This document shows, piece by piece, positions 14,201 through 28,428 of a stretch of DNA of 64,000 bases. Below the pieces are notes generated by a model that saw only the letters and a program-made list of their open reading frames with translations, did not search any database and was not told where the DNA came from. How positions within the stretch are numbered: the first letter of the stretch is position 1; the number at the start of each line of letters is the position of its first letter. The DNA comes from Acanthaster planci (Eukaryota), in NCBI RefSeq assembly GCF_001949145.1, contig NW_019091355.1, forward strand, positions 1,114,083-1,178,082. Direction: 5' to 3'. Position numbers and translations under genes: made by a program.

Positions 14201-17200
14201 AATAAGACTGAATTACATCTATCATCTTATGGTTCCACAATGGCCGGTTATTCGGGCACTGGATAAACAGAAAAAAAAATGAAGTGGCGGTACCACACTC
14301 ATCCTTACTTCCCGTTTCATAATGGTTGCATGCAGAAAAGAAAAAAAATATTTGGCCTACCCATGCAATTAGTACGAGAACGCTGGCGGGGCGGGAGGGG
14401 TCACGGAATATCGCGTCTAAAAACGCAGCGTCGATTGGCTTGACTTGAGATGGTCACTTTCCTCGATCCACTCGTANCAGCCCCTACCATTAACGTCTGA
14501 CCTTGGTATTCGGGGGGGGGGGGGGCTGAACACTTGGGCAGCAGTGTGCTGTGACCTGCTGTCTGGCAGATCACGGCTGATCGCGTGTGACGGACGCTCA
14601 TTAGGTCTGCCTGTCATCAGTATGACTGACGTATCGACATTATGCGTACTCAGTCCCCTCATCGTTTTTTCCAATGAGAGAAAAACCCACAAAATAAGAA
14701 AAAAAATAACGCCGAAATCTCATGATTTGTTTGCTGGATATTGACCGGCATACCACGATAGACGAAAAATAAAAATATTGCTTGAACTATCATTTCGTTT
14801 TCTTATTTCTCGTGGAAGGCAAAACCCAAAATGCACGAACGCTATCTGCTGGCTGGAAACTCCCAAAGAGAAGAAAATAGGAGGCCAAAAGGAATAACAG
14901 GGTTCTGAGTACTGTAACACACACCATATCCACAGGCTCAAATTCCCTATATACACACGCTCGGAGCCGGCTTTGACGGAGTAGAGAAAAAAAATCGATG
15001 GAAGGGATATTGAAACAGTACCTTTTCAAATCTAAGCCTTCTGACCAGGGCATAGACACTGAAGAGATCGGTCTCTTTCAGGCGTTCTGTCCGCGTAGTG
15101 TCCGTGCGGAAACCACGGTGTCACGCGCCCCTTTCATCCGCAAAATGGAGTGCCTTTGAGCCACACAAAAACGAGAGGATCATGTTCAGGAAATAGAAAA
15201 GCACAATAGTCCTTTTTGTGTCCTTGAGAGGAAGCTTCCACTGATTTTGATTTTATCATTTTGTTTTAATATTTTGATTTATACTTTGTTGTTCTAATCT
15301 GCGAAGATCAGAAGTAAATTTGCGAAACCGTAAAAGCAAAAAAAAATGACCTTGGTTATTTTGATTCCGTGAAGAGAAAACTTTCAATCTGAAGACGATC
15401 TTGTATTTCATTCGAGAGTGGTCATTCGCAACGCACATTTATAGGTTGATCGACTTCATTTCTTTAGAAACATTTAAGGCTATCAAACTGTGCATCTCCA
15501 AACTCAAAACAATAAAAACCTTGAATGTTGTAACCGCACACTGTTTACCGCGTTGCATTCTTGGGACCACTTGTGGACGTGTCGGATGTTATGGAAAATC
15601 TGTTGGCCTGTGCACCGTACGTTTTGCTGATTGATTACAGCAACGTTGTAACAAATGAATAATAAATAAATCCACTTTTGCCGTTCAGTAGAGAGATAAA
15701 AACCAGAAGTGATCATGGTACAGAGAAATACCAGACATGCATATCGTCAAATAACTTATAACAATGACGGGGTTCAAGAATCGCAACCCCTTATCGTGTT
15801 CATGCGCATGCGTGGTATGATGGTGACTGCACAGCTCCAATAATGCACAGCGCTGAACACAATGTGACGATAACAGCGCCGGCGTGTTAGATGTCGCGCG
15901 AGGATCATTGGACAGAGTTAAATGTCCATTGAGAGTGCTCAGTAAGCCAAAAACAACCAGAACACCGAATCACTGAGGTTGACCTTTAGGGATATTAATG
16001 TAAAACGTGGTAAAGATTCGAAGACGGCGGTACAGTTGGTCCAAGGATAAAGTTTGGAGTAAAACCAAGATTGCTTCACCTGAGAAATCATCACCGATGT
16101 TTTGTTGGCACATGTTTGGCGTCTGCCTTGCGTGGGTCGCTGTACGCATGCATGATGGGTAAAGAGTATGTAATTTATGCAAGTCAGGCTTTTTTTTAAC
16201 AGTGTTAACCGCTGAGATTGGTATAAAAATTAAGTCTGTAAATGGTCATTACAGTTCTAATACGAAGCACCGCTACACAAAGTCTTTATACGTCCGCATC
16301 ACCATAAATATGACACTACGACACGCATTCAACATGCACGTCCCTCTGAACACAAGACTAGGAAACAGAGCATCTCGTGCATAGTGATCTTATTCATCTT
16401 AAGCTGAATAACGTTGCATCGATCCGACGGGGTACGCCATTGTACATTCGCCGATGGTCTAACGCGCTGAGCCCACGTCCACCGCATACACTCTCGCTAT
16501 TTGCACAACGAGGGGGGGGGTGTGTGAGACTGACAGAATTTCGAAAGGCTAAATCTTTCCCGAAACCCAACCGGTGTCTTTATACTCTCGCGGTGGCCCC
16601 AATGCCCTCTGACGAGGCTGCGTCGCCCCCGCGACGGCAATCTTTTTTAATAGATTTTTCTACCGCACTTCATAAAAAAAGACTTGGTACAGATGTTACA
16701 TTGTTGACAGTGGGGGAGGAGGGAACGCATAGTTTGTTGAACCGCGCCAAGGCCTGAGTATTGGGAGATTTCTGCCACGCTGTTTTTCAGTGTAGGTATA
16801 AATGTTTGCACTGGTCTACTTTTCCCACTTTGCCATGTTTTGATGTTGTGGGTTGGAACATTGCCGTACGGCGTTTAGACGAATAACTGAGGAAATCTGA
16901 CGATACAACCACAGAGAAATCCTGAACAACCGGGGAACGGCCTTAATCCAAATTCCTAATGTCCACGTTGGTTGATAAACTTGATACATTACAAGGAGCA
17001 ACGAGTTCACACGGTCGCCATGCATACTCGGCATGGGAAAGAGCCGCTCACAAAATAGGCGGCATTTTCCCCCGACGTCATAAATCAGCAAGGCATATCG
17101 ACACATTTCCGGGACAACAAATAGACCCCGCCGCTGAACGCCACACAGCACACGCCATTAGAATCGGTTTAGGCCGACAGGACAGACATTTCGTAAAATA

Positions 17201-19789
17201 AAACCGGGGAAGAGAGCTTTGCTTTCGTCTCTGCCATGTCGGAGGAATTTTGATTAAAATTGGATGCAGTGCCGGTCAGGCCGTTCACGGGACTTCACTT
17301 CTCGGTATTCGAGTGCAAACCAAATATTGCCTCTCCCGACTATTCGTCTGGTAATCGGCCTAGTACTGCCGTCGTGTATCCGACTCCGTCGACGGATTTG
17401 TAAGCCACGCACTTGAAATCATCAGGGACCAGGACTCACGCTCAAAAAATTTACAAAACCGATAAGAACGCACATTGTACACTCCTACATGTAGCACGAA
17501 GTAAAAGTGAACGAAACATTCCGCCAAATAAGGCCACTTTCTTTGGCCTAGGAACTCAACACAGAAGATAACACAGCTGGACAGTTTGCTCTGGGACGCA
17601 TCAAATTTCACATGCAATGTCATCCGAATGACTTTTTTTTGTCAGGCGGGTCAAAGATCAAACTTGACGCACGAAAACATGCGGCTCTAATGGCACGCCA
17701 CTCCTGCGATGTCGCATTCAGAGCGCGTATTTGCACTTGATAAAAACTGCTATATTTTCAGGTACGGGCATGAGCACATAGACACTTCAATGTACTTTTT
17801 TGTTTGCATATCGAGGATAGTGCGGAAGTAGGCTTCGGCGCCTATCGAACAATGTGCACCATACTACGTGAAGTAGCCGAGTAGAAAAATCCTGCCTATT
17901 ACATGCTTGTTAAAAACATCACATCTGAAACCCAGGCACATGAGCAATAAATACTAACATGATACTTTTGGCGGGTTGGTCTTCTCACTGATGAGATTTT
18001 TCCCCTCTATTCAGCAAATTTCCCAGCTTAAGGATTTTACGAAATAGCCCCGGATCAGAGTTCAATATGAACGCGTGGGCCTGTCCTGGCGAGGGCTAAC
18101 TCCTGATGTTGTAATTATGTGACAAAGTGTCTGAGGTTCAAGTCTGCAAGCCTCACCCGTTGAGTGCACCGTCCGCTCAGCGAGTCAAAGCGTACATGTG
18201 TACACTGAAAGGTTCGGGTCACTCAAGTTGGCGCGGCATCAGCCGTTATCGGCCCAGAAAGCCGAACCAAGAGAAGCCTTTAATTGCATCCAGATCGCTC
18301 GGCCAGTCAGAAGGGAGAGCCGCCAAATAGGAGGCGTTATTGCAATCAGATAAATAACGAGGCGATATTAATATCCTCGGTCTGTCTGGCAAGGGAAGGA
18401 GACAGAAAAAAATTGCGGTTTAAAGGTTAGGACGAGCCAGGCCGCGTTGGTGCAAGATGTATGGGACGGCACGGGGGTCTGTTGATGTTTTATGACGCAC
18501 TGCGGAACTCGGGCGCACGGTCATCATTACAGCGCGGCTCGTTAAAGATATACAACCGGTTTTTCTGGAAGTCGGCTCGATTGAGCGGTGGGTCACGTGA
18601 CCCGGTCGAGGCACCTGGGACGTTGATGAGGCGATGAGGCGTTGATGTATTTGCGGGCTGGGGAGCGAAGCAGACGGCTGTTCACAGCCCTATCTCAACG
18701 TAGGGTCTAACCTGGACTGCCAGATATCGACATGTTCGGCGTGTTATGTTCACGCCTAGTCTCCTGATCCGGATCACTTGAAGTAATTATCATCCGAGTG
18801 AATCACATTTTATTTCTTTCCACGGCTCTCCGTCTGCGCTCTTATCAAACGAATATTTCTGAAGTCTGTTTACTGAGGAGATAAAACAAGCGAATTCGAA
18901 AGTACGACTGAATATTAAGACTGAACATAAATAAAGTGTCTTTTTGAAGGCTTCTAGTTTGAAAGGTAAGCGTTTCATGTGTCATTTCTCGATCAGTCAA
19001 ATATTCTCAAAACGTTCAACCCTAATGGCCCAAGTCACCATGATAACTCATAACCTCTGTGTACAACATCGGCGGTCAATGTTACGAGTAACAATTCATG
19101 TCCACAGTAAACCATTTTTAATGAGTTTGTTTTCTAGTTGCAGCGGAGCTGAGGGAAAAAAATTACGTTGTCGAAGAAACACCGAGTGGTATCGAATAAA
19201 CACCGTTTGGCGTCAGTGCATAAAACGAGGATCCTCACACAGCTCACACATACCATGGCGTTCATTTAGGAATGCCATTTTGAAAAGTACCTGACCTACC
19301 CGTAATTGAACTCCCAATCAGCCGTTGGTATTGCTCGCTTGCAAGGACAGGGATATGATCGCCAAATGCGTCTGCGTATAAATCTAGGGCCGGAACGGCT
19401 TGCGCAATTCTTTATCATTAGCACTATTTTTTGACATAGCGTGGGTAGTTTCTTCTTTCAGATCAGCCCGCGCTTGGATTAACAGATTTACTGGAATTGT
19501 TTGTTATTTGGCCTAGATCGGCTCGCTCCAGCGGCAAATACATCATGGGAATATTAAGGGAAAGCGAGGGACAGATCAGTGAAGTAACCTCCTACAGTGC
19601 ATCGAATAGTACATGTGGTTAAACAGACACGTCATATCCTACCTGAAAAGGTAGAACATAACCCCCCCTAAAAAAAACCACCAAGTACAAACACAAGCAA
19701 TGAAGTCACCGACTATATACTTGTGGCTAGCTGTTTTGTCGTTGGATTGCTTACCTTTTGCACTATTTTGCTTTGTCGTGTAACATTTG

Positions 19790-20155
19790 GAGCAACTTTT
19801 CTTTCTCTTTCGTCAACCAAGCACATTTCCCTCTCAAGTTAAGCTTATTGTTTATTTTTCCACATGGCGTTTTGTATTCGCTCCATTCCATTTCCGTCTC
19901 AACTCCATTATCTTTTTTATCTCACTATATAACAAACCTTTTGGGAGCCCCTCTTCATTTTGCATATTTACATACATATGTACATTTTATACTTTGTTAA
20001 AATGTTTTACTGCAGATACTTTTACAGCCGTTTAAGTAATAACAGTTTGTCGTATCTTTTAATGAGTTGAAATGATTGTAAATCCAACTGCAATTAGGCC
20101 TTGTGTCGCTAAAGGTAAATAATTGTACCCTCAATGAATTGAACTGAATTGAATT
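19790..20155 (+). mobile_element. Possible 3' fragment of a non-LTR retrotransposon
   Basis: T-rich, CpG-poor patch unlike its flanks, ending in a (TGAAT/TGAAC)n tail AATGAATTGAACTGAATTGAATT. Confidence 0.35.
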
Positions 20156-21225
20156 TGTAAAAGTAACACGTTTAAACGATTTTAAAAGGAAGCTATTCCA
20201 TGCCCATCACAGGAAATTGTTTAAACATCAAAAAGTGTTTAAGAAAACAGACTCTTGAACTACATTTAGTAACGCAAAGAGCGGGAAAGAAATGCGATCT
20301 CTCAAAGTGCAGAAACGGGTTCCTGCCTGAGAAGTGATATGCAGTCACCCGGTTTCATTATCTACACAGCCACCCAAAACAGAATGTTACGACGTTGCTA
20401 TTTTTACGGGGCCGAGGACAGCAGTCACGTCACGCGTCGGCAGAGTGTCATCTTTGTGTTAAGTTCAGGCGGCCCAGGCGGAAATAGTGGGCTACGTGAG
20501 TGCATGCGCATACGTAAACAAGTCCGGCTTAATTAATATTAGTCATAGCAGATGCATTGCGATTACAAGTGACTGTGAAAATATTTGCTCACCCAACTAA
20601 AATCGGCACGTGCGATAAAGGCACTGAGTCAATATTTTTTTATTTGGTAATATAAATGACAAAGTCGCTGTTTTGCCACGCAAGGAACGTTCCTGATCAT
20701 TGAACTTTTATTATAATACCACGCAGGGGTAACTGTGTCACGGTGAATATGCTAATCAATTACTCGCGTATCTTGGATTGGACTTTATATCATATCCAAG
20801 CAAAGGGAGCTTAACAAAGCGGTGAGGTGGCGCTCAGACACCAAGGATCTTTGGTGCAGTTCGATCTGACGGACGCGATGTGGCCGGATGATTCCACCCA
20901 GTGCACTGACGAAGGGCGATTAGAACCAAGCCAAACGATCGTCTTGGGTCTACCGTGTCATACTGCTGTCCCTCAGCAGGACATTTTTCCCAAATACCTC
21001 CTGATTGGATTTAAATTCGGATCCAATCACCAGGCGGCTAACAGTGAAGTATTGTCCATCCCCTTCGTCCTACTTGCCAATGATGCTGGGCAGTTGAGGC
21101 GCAATTTTAAGACTTTCTAAGAGAATTATTATGGTCCCAGTGAGCGCAGGTATTTTGTTGAAGCAAGTTTGAGGCCACACAGAGAGGGAAGCATGACCTG
21201 AGGAGACACAAAGGCTTGTTGTCTG

Positions 21226-21401
21226 CAGGGGTGTGAGTGGCCTCTTAACATCAATGCTGAAACAGCTAGCAAAAAGCTGAAATTTAAAAGGTCCCCATAC
21301 GTTTGTACAGACCAGGTGTACAAAAAAGCTGAAATGCGGGTCAACATCTAGACAGAAAAAAAAGCTGAAATCAGCTAAAAAGCTGAATTCTCACGCCACT
21401 G
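21226..21401. mobile_element. Possible hAT-like MITE with AAGCTGAA subterminal repeats
   Basis: Ends CAGGGGTGTGAG / CTCACGCCACTG; GCTGAA occurs five times, four of them as AAGCTGAA; TSD unclear. Confidence 0.5.
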
Positions 21402-21730
21402 TGACTGAGAAAGCAGAGTTTAATGTGCTCTGCATGAAAAGGCAGAAAACAAGCAACGAAAATTGCTTCAGGATCACCACAGTCGCAGTAACGTGGACAA
21501 TTTGATCACGACTGACTACAGAATAATATTTGTAGGTCCTATGTCCATCCATCCCAGTAGTGGGAGAAGAGCAAAGTCACAATGAGCTAACTGGCGTTAA
21601 TACAAATTTGAACGCGCACTCACTCGCAAAAGGCATATTTATAAAAAAAAAAAATAATAATAACCACCAGCTCTCACAATGCTTCGGTCAAACTGCGTGT
21701 ACCATGCCCTCGGCGGTGGTCACAAAACTT

Positions 21731-22191
21731 TGGTGGCCCTGGAGGGACATCACCTATATTGTCAATATTGACCTTAATCTTTGCGACCAATGCGACCCAA
21801 TATTCACGACCCAATATTCACGACTCGCTCCCTGGTCGCGAATATTACCACCAATATTTGCGACTAAAGTCACGACTCCTTGTATATCCGGTGGTATATA
21901 CTGCCGCGAATTTTTCCAGCAAGCTAGGCGGAAATGAGGTGTTCACGCGCACGCGCAAAGGATCTACATTTTTCGGCCTGATCTCAAGTCGTTATTCGGC
22001 TGGGCAGTTTTGGCACAACGCTTGGGGCACAACGTTAAAAAGCAATTGTTGTATCTATAGCCGAGCAACGTCTCTCTACCTGGCTTGCTGGAAAAAAATT
22101 CGCGGCAATACTTGCGACCGGAGATACAACGAGTCGGAAATTTGGTCGCAAATAATTTTTGACGATTGGCGATGTCCCTCCAGGGCCACCA
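21731..22191. mobile_element. MITE / non-autonomous DNA transposon
   Basis: Perfect 21-bp TIR TGGTGGCCCTGGAGGGACATC (21731-21751 / 22171-22191), extending imperfectly to TTTGCGACCAA; internal GCGACC/ACGACC repeats. No clean TSD. Confidence 0.8.
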
Positions 22192-25100
22192 TACAAAACA
22201 GTGCGTATAATTAGAAACAGGTTACCTAATAAAGTAAGAAGGGAGGTTCAAGGCACTGTCATGTACCAGCCACGTCATGCTGAAAACAAAACGAACGTGG
22301 AAAATATAGCTGAATACCCGAGAATGCGGCCTAGACACACACTGACCTGTCACACATTGCCCACATAACGCCCATTTCCTCGCTCAAGAACAATTCCGAA
22401 GATAAGATCTCGTTGAGTCTTTTTTTTTTAAAACACTGTCTATCGGAATAGGAAGGTATCTTCCTCCATGGTATATGTGGGGCTCTTATGGCTATGTATG
22501 GCTCTTGATAAAATAAAATATTTGCGAACTTAATCGCAAAATCTACAAATGAAATGCAGGCACGCAAAATCTTCTTCCTGTCCGGTCAACACATTCACCA
22601 AAAAAACCAAAAGGTCATGGTCATTACAAAGTATACTGTTTCATATTTAACTTAGTTTCAATGGATGCAGTGTAACTGTGACAGTTTATTCGGGAACTTG
22701 CAATGATTTGTGGTGGCAAACTTGGCCTAAACAAGCGCGCAATGCCACAGTGCCAGGCGTGCGGGCCCCTCTGTCAGTGTATTTACATATTACAGTACAT
22801 GTAGGCTTCTGCCAAGTCGTGGTTGAAACAATGACTCGCTAGTTCCACCTGTATATCTGAACGTAAATCGTAGCCGATGAATGATACCACTACCAAATAA
22901 GGCAGCTGGATTTTTAAAAAGTCAATCTTTCGCAGGCTGAACACTCCCCTGGTCTTTTGGGAAGTCGAAATTTGTGTGCAAAGCAAATGGCTTCGGGTTT
23001 TTTCCTCCACGTAACAAAGTTCAACAACAATGGAACAACAAAAATGTGAATTATTGAATGCCACTCCGCGCTGTTATCGTTGCGATACCGAGTACGCTCC
23101 TATCTGTCCATTTTTTTTTCTGCGTAAGCGCCAAAATTAAATGATTATTTTTGTGGACACATTGATAAGATAAGGAATGTTTTCGACGCGGATAAGTGCG
23201 ACCGTGTCAACAGACTGAGCTGGAGGCCGCATACTGGAAGCGCACACACTGTATTGTGTTACTTAGTGGCTTCACTGGTGCAGCTGTCGAAGTCCAAATG
23301 CATCGATAGTATACGGGGGCGGTGGGTTTCGGCTCTGTCGAAAAATATCACCTTTTTTGTGCAGCCTACTTCTGTGTCGATGGCATGGGTCCACCACACG
23401 TATTCACGCCATATTGAAAACAGCGTAAATCAAAGTTCAGAGCCAAATAATATGTAAACCGACATCACTGGAGTTTCCCAAGACGAAATTAGAGTTCCGT
23501 TGTTGTCTTGTCCTTCATTTTTTCACATCTTTTCAATTTTTTTCACATTAGTAAAGTACATTTTGACCTGTGCACACCAAAACAAATTCTCCTCTCGACA
23601 ATTGATAGTTCCCATGCCAGCAAGCAGTCAGTTTTCATTTGGCATTTCTCCGGCACCCAGGACCATCAACTCTACCCTAAGATGGAAGCTTCCTAACCAC
23701 TGAAATGATCCTGGCCTACATTTACACAATCCCGCTAGTTGTTCAGCCCAAAAAAAAACACAATAAAACAAAAAACTCTTTCCAGAAACGGCCAAGGGGC
23801 GCCTTTCATACAAATGAGCCCTACAGAAATTACCACTCGACTAATTGCCGTACATCGGTATCAACCAATGCACATTGGGGAATGGCAGGCCACTTTATCC
23901 AGGGAAAAACTTGCTTCTAGCACGAAGTGTTGCGTAACTAGAGCAGGACGACTGATGCATCGGACTCGTGTTGATCACACGTTGCTGTTTGTAGCCTCAA
24001 AACGTTCCTATGCTACACGCAATTATTTCTCTGCTGCATTTGAATTGGTGATAAAAGTGACGAGAAAAATTGCTTTCCAACATTCTGAAATAAATTTCAT
24101 CGTTCAAGAAGAATACACAATCTGTTCTGGTCTTGCACAAACTGCAGGCAAGCCTGTAAAATGCACTGAAGAGAAGAGGGAAATGTTTAACGTACGCCAA
24201 CGCACCTGCTGATGAAAGTATACTAGACGACGCGAATAAACACATACATGTCCTTCCAAATAGCGAATGCGGTGAATTCATTCCGTCGGAGTAACTGTGG
24301 CCAAAAAGAGTTAACTTTGGATGTTTTTATTGCAGCCAAAGCATTTTGTTCTGTGCTGATCCAGTTGTTTGGACACGGTTCAGTTTACCACATAATTGAT
24401 GATTTTGCACCCGGGCTCGGCGAACTGTATTTTCTGCGGGCCTTGGTGAGCAACTGCAGCCGGTCATTGCTCGAGCTTTTCAGGCGGGAAATCTCCGCGG
24501 AATTCTACTGTCTATTTTTTCAGTTCTTTCCCCCGGTGTGAACGTTCGGACGGCCGGACAGCTAGAAGCGATGTGTCTCCCCGCGTGAGCACCTGCCGTG
24601 AACTCCCGTATTGATTGCCATTGATCGGCGTTTTCTTAGTTAACTCGCTATGGCTCACCTGGAGTTAAAACAGCGGCATTTCGGGCGATGCCTTTGACAT
24701 TTTATAGCATGACTGAATTATTGTAGTTTTTAAGAATGCACTGCTTACAGAAATGTTACCTTTACATACGGGCATTTACTTAGAAAGTACTGCAGGGAAA
24801 ATAACACGAGATAAACGAGGTCGCTTAAAATTGATGGGAATTAAAAACACACAGCCTTAGAACTTGAAAATGGTACGCCTGTCACCAAATTATTTTCATG
24901 TTTTGAAATTCCTGCTACATGGGTCACGTATACAAGCGATACATACTAACCATGTGAAAACCCACCGTACAAATTGACAAAATTCACCGTCATTTCTTTT
25001 AATAATCTGTGGGTATTGAAATATATTCATGTCACATGACGTTTTAGCGGACAATTGCCAGTTGACCGAAGACTGGGAATCAGTCAGTAACCGATTAATA

Positions 25101-25640
25101 CTGATACCTTTTGTGGGCTAATCACCACGGTATGGAGACGAAGCAAAAGAAAACAAACCTCGCGAATCTAGGCTCGGGGGGAAGGAGTTCGCTGGTTTGT
25201 CTTCTTGCAACCTATTTCACACTTTCCACATGACTGGCACCGTGCGTGTGCGGACAGAAATTTTGAATTGAACCTGAGTCATTTTTGTTACTGTCCACAC
25301 TGAAAAAAAAAATCTGCTCAGGGAGAGCCGCAGAGGCACTGACGAAAAACCTGCCGATAGATGTCAAAATCCACAGCAAATGAGTTAGTCGCTCTGCGCA
25401 GTCATACGTCGTACGTGACGTATAAGGGCCACTAGACAGCTCTCGGCCAATCAGCGGCGTCGGTTTTGTTTCTCACCATTACACTACGCTAAGTTGGCGC
25501 CGACTGGTGTTGCGTGTAAATATAATTTTACGTGTTCGTGAGGTGCTCGCCCTCGTGAACGTATCATATTCGGCTCTTTTTTAACGTCACGTTGCATGGT
25601 GGCGCACTTCGTGTACGTGCCTTAGGCCCTAGTAACTTTA

Positions 25641-25766
25641 ACAGCGGGTTCCCACTTGAATTGGGAAAAGGTGGATCTTGATCCACCAATTGGGGGATCT
25701 GATCCGGCAATTTGGCAAAAGGTGAAGCAGATCCCTCAATTGGTGGATCGAGTGGGAACGGGCCGT
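25641..25766. mobile_element. Small foldback / MITE-like element
   Basis: Outer IR GTTCCCACT / AGTGGGAAC; inner 22-bp IR GATCCACCAATTG(G/A)GGGATCTG at 25680-25701 and 25728-25749. Confidence 0.65.
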
Positions 25767-27235
25767 CAGGGTATCGTGAACGCTCTATTACTTCAAAAGA
25801 GCTCGGCTTTCAACACCTGTTACTCCTAAAACGTCGGCAAAAAGTCAGTTGGAGAACTCGATGTCACATACTGGACACGAAATAGTCGTCGTACGGACAC
25901 GCGACGTATCTACGCATTCATCTTGAAATTATGTTACTTTCTACACTGCTCCTCGCTAAGTACGCGTTTGACTTAATTGAAGACTGGCTTCACGAGTTGT
26001 TCTCATTAGCTCTGAGATTAATGTACCGATTTCGATTCATGTACCGGTTCATAATACACTGTAGGCCACGTTATTCCATAAATGCATACAATGAGCTGAG
26101 CGGTCGTTGTCGGTGAGGGCGGAGCTTGCTGATAATAGACTACACGGTCAGAAAAACATTGGTGAGGAATTCAAATACATGTACAAGCCGTGAGTGAAAC
26201 GCAAGTTAGACTGGAATCAAGTCTAGGTCTTTATTGCCTCGAATCGAAAGCAGATCTGCGTGACTGGAAGTGCCAGTGCGTTAGTCGCGAACTGCAACGT
26301 CTGGCCAAACCGGCGGCCGATCCACTTGGCTATTTTTCATGGGTGGAGGAGAGATCGAAACCCATTAGCACCGGAGGGAGGGTGTTCCAAAATTAACCCC
26401 CAGCAAACGCCAGAACTTCCCGCGAGCGGTGATTTAATTTGCCGCTTTGAGAACGAAGTGGAGTCGTAATGCTGCGTGGACGGTCGGCATGCATGCGTTC
26501 CGTTCAAGGTCCCTTCACTTCTAGACCCTCGGCTTACGCCACCAATTGGACGCCACAAAGCAGATACTAATTTGCTAAATATTAAATGCTGCTATTAACG
26601 GGTCGGTACCTTGACATTTTTATGGCTCATCCCTCCACGCACTCATTCAGTTCGTGTTTGTGATGCGTTCTATTCACCAGAATGGAAGCCAGCAGTGTAC
26701 ATGTATATATTTATAGACCAATAACTCAAAGGGATTGAATGATTGTGTATGGTGGTCACCGGGAGATGAGATGGAGCAGGGCATTCGGGTTATCTTCAAA
26801 AGGTTTAGTACGTGTACCGTAATGCGCGTGATCATATTTTTAAAACTAGAATCAGTAAATAAAATGAATGTATATTAATGTATAGACGTATGGTGAAAGA
26901 TCTTTGTGGAAATGAACATGCCTCTGAAATGTTTAACAAGAATTCTCGCTTTTTTGGTTTAAATTCTGTGACGAAACGCCCCTTTTCGCTCTTACGTTGC
27001 ACCTTCTTCATGCATTTCATTAACAACTGAGAGCACTGTTGCTGTGACGTCTTTTAGGCACACAAAAAGCAATCAAAGTCTGATTAAGCAAAACCAAAAA
27101 ACCGAAACACTCTAGGAAATTTGATGTCGAAGCAGCTGTAACGCTGCAGCCTACGACAATGATGACCTCACTATTTAGCTCATGAATATGGAAATTAATT
27201 AGCATAATTCTAGGCAGGTTTAACATGCCCCTAAA

Positions 27236-27792
27236 GGGAGAGAGGGTTTACGTGTTAGCGTAGCGGTTCTTTCCTCGCTTTGCACCAATGAGGCCCGGGG
27301 TTCGAGTCCTAGCTTGGCCCAGGCTTTAAGTGCATTTGGTTTCCAGTCCATACTCGCTCTCGCAGGTTTTCTATGGGCACTCCAGTTTCCTCCTGCCTCT
27401 AAAAACATATGATGCTGATTACTAAAGGAAAGAATAAACGTAAAGTATTATTCACGTATAGCAGCAGCAAACAGCAACGGCAGCAGCAGCAGCAACAGAG
27501 GTGGCAGCAACAGCAACAGAAGCAGCAACAGAGATGGCAGCAACAGCAGCAGCAATAGAGGTGGCAGCAACAGCAGCAGAAGCAGCAGCAACAGCAGCAG
27601 CAATAGAGGCGGCAGCAGCAGCAGAAGCAGCAACAGAGGTGGCAGCAACAGCAGCAGCAACAGAGATGGCAGCAACAGCAGCAGAGGTGGCAGCAACAGC
27701 AGCAGCAAACAGCAACAACAACAGCAACAACAACAGCAGCAGCAACAGATGGTAGCAACAGCAGCAGCAGGAACCGCAGCAGCAACAGCAAC
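27236..27792 (+). mobile_element. tRNA-derived SINE with a V-domain-like core and an expanded (CAG/CAA) tail
   Basis: A-box TAGCGTAGCGG 27256-27266; B-box GGTTCGAGTCC 27299-27309; GGTTTTCTATGGGCACTCCAGTTTCCTCC resembles the V-SINE core; perfect 14-bp TSD AACATGCCCCTAAA at 27222-27235 and 27793-27806. Confidence 0.85.
27461..27792 (+). repeat. CAG/CAA-based minisatellite with a higher-order unit (~GCAGCAACAGAGRTGGCAGCAACA)
   Basis: Directly visible; source of the spurious poly-L, poly-C and poly-A ORFs. Confidence 0.95.
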
Positions 27793-28387
27793 AACATGCC
27801 CCTAAACATTTAAGTATAATGAATTAAATTAAAGATATATTGGAGCTGCATTACAAGAACTTCCCAATAATAAAATTGCATTGCAGCTTTAAAAGTGAAA
27901 CAAAAACTATATTAAGCACAGCTGGCCTTTGTGTATATAACTTTACGACGAAGTTACCATTTTCCCGTTAAGTCTCACAGTGCCATGTCTCATTAATGTT
28001 TCAGCACGCCTGAGCAACAACCAAGTCAAGCATTCGAGGTGTAAATGACGGTACGTCCAAACTGGCGGGCATGGCACAGAACAATTGAGCCGTTGAATAT
28101 GGAGTTGATGACGTTAATCTTAGTGTTTCCCAAATAGACAGGTATACGGTGTGACACGCCTGAGCGCGCGGCGTGATGCGTGCGCGTTACGATCAACGTG
28201 TCCTTAGTAGCACGAGGGCCCTCAAAGCATTAAGCCCAGTCATCCCTGAAGGTCGTAGGGAAAACAAATATGTGTGTATATCAGAGAAGTGGTCGGGTCG
28301 GGAATACGATCGGCAAGAGTGGAAAATTCAGGGTCACGCAAGTGGCACGAACACCTCCTCCCCTGCACAGACGGTGAAAGAAAAAAC

Positions 28388-28423
<36 letters not shown>
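28388..28423. repeat. (GA)n microsatellite
   Basis: Directly visible. Confidence 0.95.

Positions 28424-28428
<5 letters not shown>

Noticed and set aside
14478..14478. Single ambiguous base n
   Set aside because: Assembly ambiguity, not biology.
27399..27809. Poly-Cys, poly-Leu and poly-Ala ORFs (metallothionein- or antifreeze-like at first glance)
   Set aside because: They are translations of the CAG/CAA minisatellite that forms a SINE tail inside a TSD.
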